From: an uncultured Acidobacteriota bacterium
GTDB lineage: Bacteria; Acidobacteriota; Thermoanaerobaculia; Multivoradales; UBA5704
DNA: 64,000 nt
Direction: 5' to 3'
Assembly (NCBI GenBank): GCA_963770895.1
Contig: CAVYRF010000002.1
Span: forward strand, 4,448,001 to 4,512,000
Positions 10,644 through 19,342 of the stretch are shown here, piece by piece. Position 1 is the stretch's first letter. Each line of letters starts with the position of its first letter. A program made the position numbers and the translations under genes. Below the pieces are notes generated by a model that saw only the letters and a program-made list of their open reading frames with translations, was not told the DNA's origin and did not search any database.

Positions 10644-11918
10644 ATGCATCGATCCGTCCGTTTTTCGCTGGGCCTGGCAGTCCTTGCCTTGCTCGCGGGG
10701 CCGCTGGCGCTGTCGGCCGCCCCGATCACCGAATACCAGCCGCCGCCCGACCAGGTTGCCAAAGCTGCCGCCTACTCGCGGGAGCTGTACCAGCACTACT
10801 TCACCAACGCGTTCTATGGGCTGCTCGTGTTGCTCGTGCTGGTCGTATGGCGGGTGGGCCCGCGCCTGCGCGACTGGGCCGAGCGCCGGTCGCGGCGGCG
10901 CTTCGTGCAGGCGCTGATCTATGCGCCGGTGGTGCTCGGCGCGATCGCCGTGCTGGGACTGGTGTCCGACGTCTGGGACCAGCGGCTGGCGCGGCGCTTC
11001 GGCCTGTCGGTGCAGGGTTGGGGTTCGTGGTGGTCGGACTGGATCACCAACCTGGTGCTGATGCTGATCGTGGGCAGCCTGATGGTCTGGGTGCTGTACG
11101 GTGTGCTGCGGCGCGCTCCGCGCTGGTGGTGGTTCTATTTTTGGCTGGCTTCGATCCCGATCGTGGCGCTGCTGCTGTTTGCGGCGCCGCTGGTGGTCGA
11201 GCCGCTGTTCTACACCTTCAAGCCGCTGGCGCCGACCCAGCCGGCGCTGGTGGCGCAGATCGAGCGCGTCACCCAGCGCGGCGGCATGGAGATCCCGACC
11301 GACCGCATGTTCCTGATGAACGCCAGCGCCAAGCAGACCGGGCTGAACGCCTATGTCAGCGGCTTTGGCGCATCCAAGCGAGTGGTGGTGTGGGACACCA
11401 CCGTGGCCAAGGCGACCATCCCCGAGACGCTGTTCGTCTTCGGCCACGAGATGGGGCATTACGTGCTGCATCACATTCCACTGGAGCTTGGGTGGTTCGC
11501 CGCCATCCTGCTGGTGCTGCTGTGGCTTGGCGCGGTCCTGGCGCGCTGGGCGGCGGCGCGCTGGGGAGCGGGTTGGGGCCTGCGCGGCCTGGACGACCTG
11601 GGATCGCTGCCGCTGCTGCTGTTCATCATGACAGTGCTGGTGTTCGTCGCTTCGCCGATGTTCAACACGGTGAGCCGCCACTTCGAGCACGAGGCGGACC
11701 GCTACGGATTGGAAGTCATCCACGGCATCGTTCCCAACGCCAACCAGGTCGCGGCGGGGTACTTTGAAAAGAGCGGCGAGATCAACCTTGCCGACCCCGA
11801 CCCCAGCCCCTTTATCAAGGTGTGGTTCTTCGACCACCCACCTCGCCGCGAGCGCGTCCACTTTGTCGCCACCTACAATCCATGGGCGGCCGGCGGATCG
11901 CCGCGCTACGTGCGGTGA
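10644..11918 (+). CDS. M48 family (Ste24/HtpX-like) membrane zinc metallopeptidase
   Basis: Signal-like N-terminus, multiple TMs, NAYVSG, HEMGH, EHEAD, FFDHP. ATG 10644 follows GGGAGA. Confidence 0.92.
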   Translation: MHRSVRFSLGLAVLALLAGPLALSAAPITEYQPPPDQVAKAAAYSRELYQHYFTNAFYGLLVLLVLVVWRVGPRLRDWAERRSRRRFVQALIYAPVVLGAIAVLGLVSDVWDQRLARRFGLSVQGWGSWWSDWITNLVLMLIVGSLMVWVLYGVLRRAPRWWWFYFWLASIPIVALLLFAAPLVVEPLFYTFKPLAPTQPALVAQIERVTQRGGMEIPTDRMFLMNASAKQTGLNAYVSGFGASKRVVVWDTTVAKATIPETLFVFGHEMGHYVLHHIPLELGWFAAILLVLLWLGAVLARWAAARWGAGWGLRGLDDLGSLPLLLFIMTVLVFVASPMFNTVSRHFEHEADRYGLEVIHGIVPNANQVAAGYFEKSGEINLADPDPSPFIKVWFFDHPPRRERVHFVATYNPWAAGGSPRYVR

Positions 11919-11986
11919 AAGAAACAAGTGCACCCAGGCCTCGTATCTGCTGCATGGGCCGCAACGCCCCACTTGGAGGAGGACGT

Positions 11987-13438
11987 ATGAAATTGAACCA
12001 TGCAGTGCTGTTGACGGCGTTGGTTGCCCTGCTCGTCGCGGGCGGCGGCGCCGCCGCCGTTGCCGCCCCGGCCGCCGCGCCGGCGCCCGCATCCGCCGGC
12101 GCCGCGGCAAGCGCCCCGGCCGCCGCCGTTGCCACGGCCCCGGCGGCCCCGGCGGACACCGCGGCGGGCGCCGCCGGCGGCGCGTCGTTCGATCCCGAGC
12201 GCGCCACCGAAGCCTACCTGGCGACGCTGTCGACGGAGGCGCGAGCCAAGTCCGACGCGTATTTCGAAGGCGGCTACTGGTTGATCCTGTGGGATTTCAT
12301 CATCGGCCTGCTGGTCGCCTGGCTGTTCCTGGGCACCGGGCTGTCGGCCGGCATCCGCGATTGGAGCGAGCGCCGGGCCGGCGCAAAATGGTTGCAAACG
12401 GCGATCTATTCGGCGCTGTACATCCTGATCTCCACCGTCGTGCTGTTGCCGTGGAACGCCTATGAAGGCTACTTCCGCGAGCACAAGTACGGCATGTCCA
12501 ACCAGACCATGGCGGACTGGTTCGGCGACGAGATGAAGGGGTTGGGCATCGCTCTCATCCTGGGCACGCTCGCCATCACGGTGATCTACGCCGTGCTGCG
12601 CAAGGCGCCGCGCACCTGGTGGCTGTGGGGCGCGTTGGTGGCGATCGCCATCGCCATGTTCACGCAGGCCATCGGGCCGACCTTTCTGGAGCCCGTGTTC
12701 AACAAGTTCAAGCCGCTGCCCGACAGTCCGATCAAGCAGCGCATCCTGTCGCTGGCGCGGGCCAACGGCATCCCGGCAACCGACGTCTACGAGTTCGACG
12801 CCTCCCGGCAGACCAAGCGCATGAGCGCCCACGTCAGCGGCCTGATGGGCACGACGCGGATCAGCATGAACGACAACCTGATGAACCGCGCCTCGCACGA
12901 AGAGATCGAAGCCGTGCTGGGTCACGAGATGGGCCACTACGTGCTCGATCACGTCTACACCGGCACCGTCTTCATCGGCATCCTGATCGTCATCGGCTTC
13001 GCCTTCCTGAGCTGGGCTTTCGAACGGATGCACACCGGCTATGGCGCGGGCTGGGGCATCCGCGACATCGGCGACGTGGCGGGCCTGCCGCTGCTGGTCG
13101 TGCTGCTGTCGGTGTTCTCGTTTGTCCTGACGCCGATCAACAACACCCTGGTCCGCACCATGGAAGCGCAGGCCGACGCCTTCGGCATGAACGCGTCGCG
13201 CCAACCGGACGGCTTCGCCCAGGCCGCCCTGCACCTGTCCGAATATCGCAAGATGAAGCCCGGCCCGGTCGAGGAGTTCATGTTCTTCGATCATCCCAGC
13301 GGCTGGAACCGCATCCACCGCGCCATGATCTGGAAGAAAGAGAACCTGAACACCGCGGACATCGTCGCCTACGACGCCACCCATCCGGCCGCCCTGGCCA
13401 TGGGCACCGGCGGCGGCGCCCCCGCCGCGGCGCAGTAA
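11987..13438 (+). CDS. M48 family (Ste24-like) metallopeptidase, tandem paralog
   Basis: Signal peptide plus Ala/Pro linker, HEMGH, EAQAD, FFDHP. ATG 11987 follows GGAGG. Confidence 0.92.
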   Translation: MKLNHAVLLTALVALLVAGGGAAAVAAPAAAPAPASAGAAASAPAAAVATAPAAPADTAAGAAGGASFDPERATEAYLATLSTEARAKSDAYFEGGYWLILWDFIIGLLVAWLFLGTGLSAGIRDWSERRAGAKWLQTAIYSALYILISTVVLLPWNAYEGYFREHKYGMSNQTMADWFGDEMKGLGIALILGTLAITVIYAVLRKAPRTWWLWGALVAIAIAMFTQAIGPTFLEPVFNKFKPLPDSPIKQRILSLARANGIPATDVYEFDASRQTKRMSAHVSGLMGTTRISMNDNLMNRASHEEIEAVLGHEMGHYVLDHVYTGTVFIGILIVIGFAFLSWAFERMHTGYGAGWGIRDIGDVAGLPLLVVLLSVFSFVLTPINNTLVRTMEAQADAFGMNASRQPDGFAQAALHLSEYRKMKPGPVEEFMFFDHPSGWNRIHRAMIWKKENLNTADIVAYDATHPAALAMGTGGGAPAAAQ

Positions 13439-13523
13439 GGTCAGGGTCACCCGCCGCGTCGCCACCGGCCGGCGGCGCGGCGTTGCGGTTGGTTGCGGGC
13501 GATCTCGGTTGATAATGGTGGGC

Positions 13524-14891
13524 ATGGTGGAGGAGCAGCCGGGCGCGGGTGAGAAGTTGGGGCGCAACGTCGTGGCGCTCACCGGGGTGAGCCTGCTCAC
13601 CGACGTGGCGTCCGAGATGTCGTACCCCCTGCTGCCGATGTTCCTGACGGTCGTCCTGGGGGCCAGCGCGACGGCGTTGGGGACGATCGAGGGCCTGGCC
13701 GAATCTCTCGCGTCGCTGTGCAAGCTGCTGAGCGGACGGTGGTCGGACCGCGCCGCCCGGCGCAAGCCGCTGGTGGTCGCCGGCTATTCGCTGGCGTCGG
13801 CGGCCAAGCCGCTGGTCGGCCTGGCGGTGAGCCCGGCCCAGGTGCTGGCCGTTCGCCTGATCGACCGGGCGGGCAAGGGGCTGCGCCAGCCGCCGCGGGA
13901 CGCGCTGATCACCGACTCGGTGTCGCCGTCCATCCGCGGGCGCGCCTTCGGCTTCCATCGCGCCGGCGACAACCTGGGCGCCGTGCTCGGACCCCTGGTC
14001 GCCTTCGCCCTGCTGCGCTACGCCCCAGGGGTCGGCCCGCGCCAGGTCTTCCTGCTCGCCGCCGTGCCCGCGGCGCTGTCGGTCGCCCTGCTGATCCTGG
14101 GTGTGCGCGAGCCGCGCCGCGTGCGCGGTGTGGCCGCGGCGCCGGTGCCGCCGGGACCGCTGCCGGCGCCAGCGGCAGCCGCCGCGTCCGCCCAGGAAGC
14201 CGGCCCCCAGAGCGCAGCCGGCATCCAAGGTGTGCGGGATCGGACGGAAGCGATCGCCAACGACGCCGGCCCGTCGTTGCAGCGCCCGGCGCAATCCGCC
14301 GCCGGGCCGGACCCTGCGGCACCCGCCGGTCTGGGGAGGCGCTTCTGGTGGTTCCTGGTGGTGGTCGTACTGTTCACCCTGGGCAATTCGAGCGATGCCT
14401 TCCTGCTGTTGCGCGCCACCCGCCTGGGCGTCGGCGCCGCCCTGGTGCCGGTGCTCTGGGCGCTGCTCAACCTGGTCAAGGCCTTCAGCAACGTTCCCGG
14501 CGGCGCGCTCTCCGACCGGTTCGGCCGCCGCCCGCTGCTGGTCGTCGGCTGGACCCTCTACGCCGCCGTCTACTTCGCCTTTGGCGCCGCCCGCTCCGCA
14601 TGGCAGGTGTGGGCTCTCTTTGCCGTCTACGGGCTCTACTTCGGCGCCACCGAAGGCGTCCAGTCCGCCCTGGTCGCCGACTTCGCCCCGCCCGAGCGCC
14701 GCGGCACCGCCTTCGGCCTGTACAACCTGGCCCTGGGTCTTGGCGCCCTGCCCGCCTCCCTCCTGTTCGGCCTGCTGGCCGATCGCGCCGGCGCCCCCGT
14801 CGCCTTCACCTTTGGCGGCACCATGGCCCTGGTGGCCGCCCTCGCCATCTGCTTCGTCGCCCCCTCCCGCGGCCGGGCCGCCGGCGCCTGA
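13524..14891 (+). CDS. MFS transporter (start uncertain, 13509-13524)
   Basis: SLLTDVASEM, GRWSDR and GALSDRFGRR motif A, two hydrophobic halves separated by a long Pro/Ala loop. Confidence 0.92.
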   Translation: MVEEQPGAGEKLGRNVVALTGVSLLTDVASEMSYPLLPMFLTVVLGASATALGTIEGLAESLASLCKLLSGRWSDRAARRKPLVVAGYSLASAAKPLVGLAVSPAQVLAVRLIDRAGKGLRQPPRDALITDSVSPSIRGRAFGFHRAGDNLGAVLGPLVAFALLRYAPGVGPRQVFLLAAVPAALSVALLILGVREPRRVRGVAAAPVPPGPLPAPAAAAASAQEAGPQSAAGIQGVRDRTEAIANDAGPSLQRPAQSAAGPDPAAPAGLGRRFWWFLVVVVLFTLGNSSDAFLLLRATRLGVGAALVPVLWALLNLVKAFSNVPGGALSDRFGRRPLLVVGWTLYAAVYFAFGAARSAWQVWALFAVYGLYFGATEGVQSALVADFAPPERRGTAFGLYNLALGLGALPASLLFGLLADRAGAPVAFTFGGTMALVAALAICFVAPSRGRAAGA

Positions 14892-14955
14892 CGCGGAGCG
14901 CGGCGCGCACGATCACGGCCCTGGCTGGTGCCGTGGGGCGTCAACGTGCCCGCGG

Positions 14956-15351
14956 TCAGCGGGGTGGGCTGGCGAGGGTGAGGGGGGCGATGCGGGCGAG
15001 GAGATCGAAGTCGCGGTCGCGGTGAGCGATGGCGAGGCCGTTGCGGAGGGCGCAGGTGGCGATCAGACAGTCGACGCCGGAGCGGATGGTGAGGCCGGCG
15101 CGGCGGGCTTGGCGGTAGAGCTGGGCGGCTTCCAGGTAGACGTCGGTGCGCAACGGGGCCTCGACGATGGGGAAGGCGAGCAGAGCGCGGCGCGCCACAC
15201 GGTAGGGCCATTCGTCCCTGAAGCCCTGGAGGACTTCCTGCACGACGGGCAGGCAGGTCACCAGGTGATCGACATCGCCGACTGCGGCGAGGTCGAGAGG
15301 GTCCTGTTTGCGAAACACCTCGATCCAGATCGAGGTATCGACCAGGATCAA
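14956..15351 (-). CDS. vapC: PIN-domain toxin (VapC family)
   Basis: ILVDTSIWIE...QEVLQG...VDCLIA...HRDRDF acidic PIN residues. TTG start overlaps the antitoxin TGA (TTGA). Confidence 0.9.
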   Translation of the reverse strand: MILVDTSIWIEVFRKQDPLDLAAVGDVDHLVTCLPVVQEVLQGFRDEWPYRVARRALLAFPIVEAPLRTDVYLEAAQLYRQARRAGLTIRSGVDCLIATCALRNGLAIAHRDRDFDLLARIAPLTLASPPR

Positions 15352-15605
15352 CGGGCGGTCGCCTTGGCACCGCGGCGGCCGGCGCCGCTCGGGCGGTGGG
15401 TGGCGCCGGCAGCATCGCCGCGCATGGCTGCCAGGTCGCCTTCCCACAGACCGGAGCCGGCGAGCTCAAGGATCTGCCCCGCGTGGACGCGCCGCACCAG
15501 ATCCGCGAGCGCGCGATTCACGGTTGCCGAGTAGGTGCGTTCGCCGCTGAGGCGCTTGGCTTCGTCGAGCAGCTGTTCGTCTAACACAAGATTTGTGCGT
15601 TTCAT
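15348..15605 (-). CDS. vapB: VapB-family antitoxin (ribbon-helix-helix)
   Basis: MKRTNLVLDEQLLDEA...TVNRAL...WEGDLAAMR, translationally coupled to the PIN gene. Confidence 0.88.
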   Translation of the reverse strand: MKRTNLVLDEQLLDEAKRLSGERTYSATVNRALADLVRRVHAGQILELAGSGLWEGDLAAMRGDAAGATHRPSGAGRRGAKATAR

Positions 15606-15612
15606 ACACACA

Positions 15613-15640
15613 AGTCTCAACATTCTGGGCTCCTTGTCAA
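15613..15640 (-). promoter_or_regulatory. Putative sigma70 promoter of vapBC (possibly leaderless)
   Basis: Minus strand TTGACA (15640-15635), 16 nt spacer, weak -10 GAGACT, 7 nt, then ATG. No SD close to the start. Confidence 0.45.
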
Positions 15641-15698
15641 GTTTGAGGGCAACAGTGGTGCCTCCGGTTCATGGGCGCCGCGGCGTAGCGTGCGTTTT

Positions 15699-15834
15699 GC
15701 CGCCGGCGTGGTCGCTCTAACAGGAAGACGGAAAAAGGGGCGGGTTTGGCGCATTGCCGCCCGAGCCGAATCGCGGCCCAGCTGGCAGGACGTCCCACGG
15801 AAACGTTGACGGCTTCCGGCGGACCAGGACACAC
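15699..15834 (+). repeat. Degenerate direct repeat, copy 1
   Basis: Shares blocks gccgccggcgt, ggtcgctctaaca, ttggcgcat, ggacgtc, cggaaacgttgacggct, ccggcgg, ccagg in the same order and similar spacing as 20936-21074. Confidence 0.85.
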
Positions 15835-16783
15835 GGCCCGCGCCAGCCGTTTGCCGGGATGGCAAGACCCAAGGTCGCGGCCGCGAAGCGATGACGCGGC
15901 GCCACCGTGCAAGTCCACGGTTACGTCGTGCTGCGCGAGGTGTGCGGCAGGGCCGCGACGGGCTCTCCTGTTGGCCTTTGGCAAGGGCCTGCCGGCTGCC
16001 ATCGAGATCGACCCCGCCTTTCGTCGCTTCGCCGGTCATCGCGCCACCTCGACCTGGGCTGCATACAGGTCCAGCGGTCGATGCTCCACCGGCAGCTCAA
16101 GAATCAGGCCGCTGTTATGCTCGAAGGCGCCTGGGAGGCCAGGGCACCAGCCTGGCAGGGAGTGGGCAGTGGTGCATTGTGTTATCGCTGCCGCCTCATT
16201 CCTGCCTTCGCTGACGTGGGAGTCTCCAGTTTCCACCGGTCCGCCGTTGCCGGCGGTCGCGGAAAGCCACCCTGAGGCCAACGGCCGCCTGCCGCAGCCG
16301 CTGTTGCGCCGCCGACGCGGCGCTTTAGGCATGCGAGACAACTAACGGTACAGCCTGACCTCGCGCCCGCCCCACCCTCGCTGAAACACAGTAAGGTGCT
16401 TGTTTAAAAGAGTTTAGCGTTTGTGCGGACGATGAGATCAGGCGACTTCATGAGGGAGACCACCCGGCTGGGCGCTTTTGCCATTGCATCCGCACAACTA
16501 AATGTATGATGATTAGAGACGATGTTGAGCCCTTATGGAGAGCTTTCTCGCGTGTAGGGCAAGGCGACAAACCGGCCGGCGGGTCGTGGTTCGAATGCCG
16601 TGCTCGGTTGACGCTTATGCGCCATCGTTTTATTATTTGTTGTGAGCCGCTGCGGCCCGTTCCAACCCCGCCGAGGGATGAGCCGCTGGTCGCATGTCGA
16701 CGACGGCAGAGCCGTATGCGCCAAAGGAGGTCGAATATGAGGTCCATTTGTGGGTCGGTGCTTACCTCGGAGGAGGCTCTGCC

Positions 16784-17824
16784 GTGGGCAAGCTGACGCT
16801 TGCACTCAGCCTCCTGCTGGCCGGTTTCTTGCCTGCGGCCTCCTTTAATTCAGTCCCGTCGTACATGGGTGCTTCCCTGGCCTGGAACTCGACCGAGCTC
16901 AAGCAGCTCGACCAGGTGATCGCCGACAACCAGGTGATGCTCGTCGGCGAGGTCCATGGGACCCAGGAGAGCCCGCAATTCGTGTCGACAATCGTGCATC
17001 GCGCCTTGGACCAGGGGCGGAGTGTGACGGTGGCGCTCGAGATTCCGCAAGAGGAGCAATCTGTCCTGCAGCAGTGTCCAACGCACGATGGGATCGGTGG
17101 AGACCTGCGTTCCAGGCTGGCCAAACTCCCGTTTTGGAGCTCTTCGGATAGGGATGGGCGAAGCAGTGAAGCCATGCTGGGGCTCATCGACGAGTTGCAT
17201 AGATTGCACTGCGATCAACAGAAGCCTGTCGATCTGGTTGCGATCGACCCCAAGGCTGACGGCGATACCGGCTCGGCACCCTCTCCGATGGGGGCTCCGC
17301 CCCGCGACCAGGGGATGGCGGAAGCCGTGGCCAAAGCCATCCAAATCTCGCAGGGCGACCATCCCCTGCTCGTCGCGCTTACCGGCAATCTGCACCAAAA
17401 ACTCCAGCCTGGCTTCCCCTGGGACAAGCCCGATGTGCCCGCGGCCAAGTTGTACAAGCCCATGGGTTGTCGACTGATCGGAACGCTCGACGCCAACACC
17501 CATCTGGTGGCCCTTGACGTGCGCCTCTATGGCGGCGGCGACGCATGGATCTGTTCCGGTACGTCGAATTGTGGCAAGACGCCGATGCCGAAACGGCAGG
17601 GCGTGCAGCTGGCGGACGCTAAGAGCCCGAAGGTGGGCCTGACTGTCGATCAAACTGATCTGGCGGTCGATCGAGTTTGTCTGTCTGGAAACAATGCGCA
17701 GGCGACGAATCCAAAGCTATCGCAGGGCTACTACTATTTCACTATGCCGGTCAATGACTCTCCGCCAGCCAACTTGACGACCGCGCCGACGCAGGTGGCC
17801 GCTTTGTTACGTGGGGCCGGCTAG
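16784..17824 (+). CDS. Secreted protein, EreA/ChaN/TIKI-like hydrolase fold (putative)
   Basis: GTG after AGGAGG, signal peptide, VMLVGEVHGT, VALE, RDQGMA, LTGNLH motifs. Confidence 0.65.
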   Translation: MGKLTLALSLLLAGFLPAASFNSVPSYMGASLAWNSTELKQLDQVIADNQVMLVGEVHGTQESPQFVSTIVHRALDQGRSVTVALEIPQEEQSVLQQCPTHDGIGGDLRSRLAKLPFWSSSDRDGRSSEAMLGLIDELHRLHCDQQKPVDLVAIDPKADGDTGSAPSPMGAPPRDQGMAEAVAKAIQISQGDHPLLVALTGNLHQKLQPGFPWDKPDVPAAKLYKPMGCRLIGTLDANTHLVALDVRLYGGGDAWICSGTSNCGKTPMPKRQGVQLADAKSPKVGLTVDQTDLAVDRVCLSGNNAQATNPKLSQGYYYFTMPVNDSPPANLTTAPTQVAALLRGAG

Positions 17825-17938
17825 CTGCCCTCTTAGCCACATGTCAATCCGGCCTCTTCGCGGGGGTCATGTCGGATGGAGCCTTGCCGCCGCTTTGGCT
17901 CAAGGTGATGTGTATTGTCGATATGGGAGCGCAGCGCC

Positions 17939-19051
17939 ATGACGCGGATCCTGATCGCAACGTATCCAGCAGATATTCACGCGACGATAGTGGCGGATGC
18001 GGTTGCCGCTCGTGGGCACGAGGCAGTGCTGTGGCAGGGCACGGACTTCCCGACGCTCCAGCAAGCTTCGATTTCCATTGCGGATGGACAAGGCACGTTG
18101 TGGGAGATTTCTGGCCCGCGGGTGGCGGTCAGTTCGCGCGCTCCATTCGATGTGGTCTGGTGCCGCCGGCCGGTCATCGAGCCTGTGCTGCCTGAAGAGA
18201 TGCATCCGGGCGACCGAGTCGTGGCGCACCGCGAGTGCGCGAGCTTCAGCCGCAGTCTCTGGCAGCTTTTGGCGCCGGTTGCGTTCTGGGTCAATCCCCT
18301 GGGCAGCCAGCACCGCGCCAACGCCAAGCCGGTGCAGCTGCAGGAGGCGTTGGCGGTGGGTCTGCGAGTACCGCCGACCCTGTGCAGCAACGACCCGGAC
18401 AAAATCAGGCGCTTCCTGAACCGCTATGAGGGCGAAGCGATCTACAAGCCGTTCTCGCCGGCGCAATGGCTGAAGGGCGACAGCTCGGCGCTCACCTTCA
18501 CCAGCGCCGTGGCTTGCGACGACCTACCAGAAGACGAGGTGCTGCGTCTGACGCCGGGGATCTTCCAGCAGCGGATTCCCAAGGACCATGAGCTGCGGCT
18601 CACCTACATCGGCGACCGCGTCGTGGTCGCCAAGCTCATGTCGCAGGAAGTGCCCGGCGCGTGTATCGATTGGAAGCTCGCCTTTGGCAACCTCCGGGTC
18701 GAGCCGGCAGAGATTCCTGCGGCCATCGATCGGGCCTGCCGCCAGCTGCTCAAGCGCTTCAACCTTGTTTTTGCCTGCCTGGACATGATCGTCACTCCAG
18801 AAGGCGAGCATGTGTTCGTCGAGCTCAACGAGATGGGGCAGTTCCTGTGGGTGGAGGAGCTGAACCCGAACCTCCTGGTGCTGGATCCGTTCTGCGAGAT
18901 GCTGATCCAGGCTCGCTCCGACTACAGTTGGAACAGGTCTGGCGACAATCTGCTTTTCTCCGACCTGTATGAACCTGCCATTGTCAAGCAGCGGAATGTT
19001 TTGTCGCAGGTTCACGTCGCCAAGCCGAAGTACTACTCGGTACGCGATTGA
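17939..19051 (+). CDS. ATP-grasp ligase, graspetide/microviridin MvdC/D-like RiPP maturase
   Basis: DIHA, VWCRRP, FWVNP, ANAKPVQL, VPPTLCSND, IYKP, IFQQRIPKDHELR, IDW, DMIVTPEGEHVFVELNEMGQFLWVE. Confidence 0.9.
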   Translation: MTRILIATYPADIHATIVADAVAARGHEAVLWQGTDFPTLQQASISIADGQGTLWEISGPRVAVSSRAPFDVVWCRRPVIEPVLPEEMHPGDRVVAHRECASFSRSLWQLLAPVAFWVNPLGSQHRANAKPVQLQEALAVGLRVPPTLCSNDPDKIRRFLNRYEGEAIYKPFSPAQWLKGDSSALTFTSAVACDDLPEDEVLRLTPGIFQQRIPKDHELRLTYIGDRVVVAKLMSQEVPGACIDWKLAFGNLRVEPAEIPAAIDRACRQLLKRFNLVFACLDMIVTPEGEHVFVELNEMGQFLWVEELNPNLLVLDPFCEMLIQARSDYSWNRSGDNLLFSDLYEPAIVKQRNVLSQVHVAKPKYYSVRD

Positions 19052-19054
19052 GCG

Positions 19055-19100
19055 TTGTTGTACAGTCACGCATCTATTATAATTTTATCGCAAAAGGAGA
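19055..19100 (+). promoter_or_regulatory. Promoter and SD dedicated to the precursor peptide gene
   Basis: TTGTTG (19055-60), 17 nt spacer, TATAAT (19078-83), AAGGAGA SD 7 nt before ATG 19108. Confidence 0.65.
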
Positions 19101-19107
19101 CAACGTT

Positions 19108-19245
19108 ATGAAGAAGCCTCAGCCGGGCCGCATCTTGGGACGGAAGCTGGCAAAGGACCTGACCAGGGACCAGCTGGAAAGCGTGGCTGGCGGAACCATC
19201 TGCTCATGCGCCGGCGAATACGACGATAGCGATTTTTCCTACTAG
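19108..19245 (+). CDS. RiPP (graspetide-type) precursor peptide, double-glycine leader
   Basis: 45 aa, MKKPQPGRILGRKLAKDLTRDQLESVAGG|TICSCAGEYDDSDFSY. Directly after the ATP-grasp gene, strong SD. Confidence 0.85.
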   Translation: MKKPQPGRILGRKLAKDLTRDQLESVAGGTICSCAGEYDDSDFSY

Positions 19246-19342
19246 CCCACGGTATAGGTAGCGCCCCCCTGCGGCAGCGGTGTCACGGCCGGCCGCAGGG
19301 GCGACGGAAACGATATGGCTGCCAACAAAGGTGTCATCGTGC

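Noticed and set aside
15840-16350. Short ORFs between repeat copy 1 and the AT-rich region (e.g. AIEIDPAF)
   Set aside because: No SD, consistent frame or convincing family motif. At most decayed sequence.
16560-16610. GGTTCGAAT resembling a tRNA T-loop near the island edge
   Set aside because: Flanks do not form a T-stem or acceptor stem, and there is no cloverleaf.
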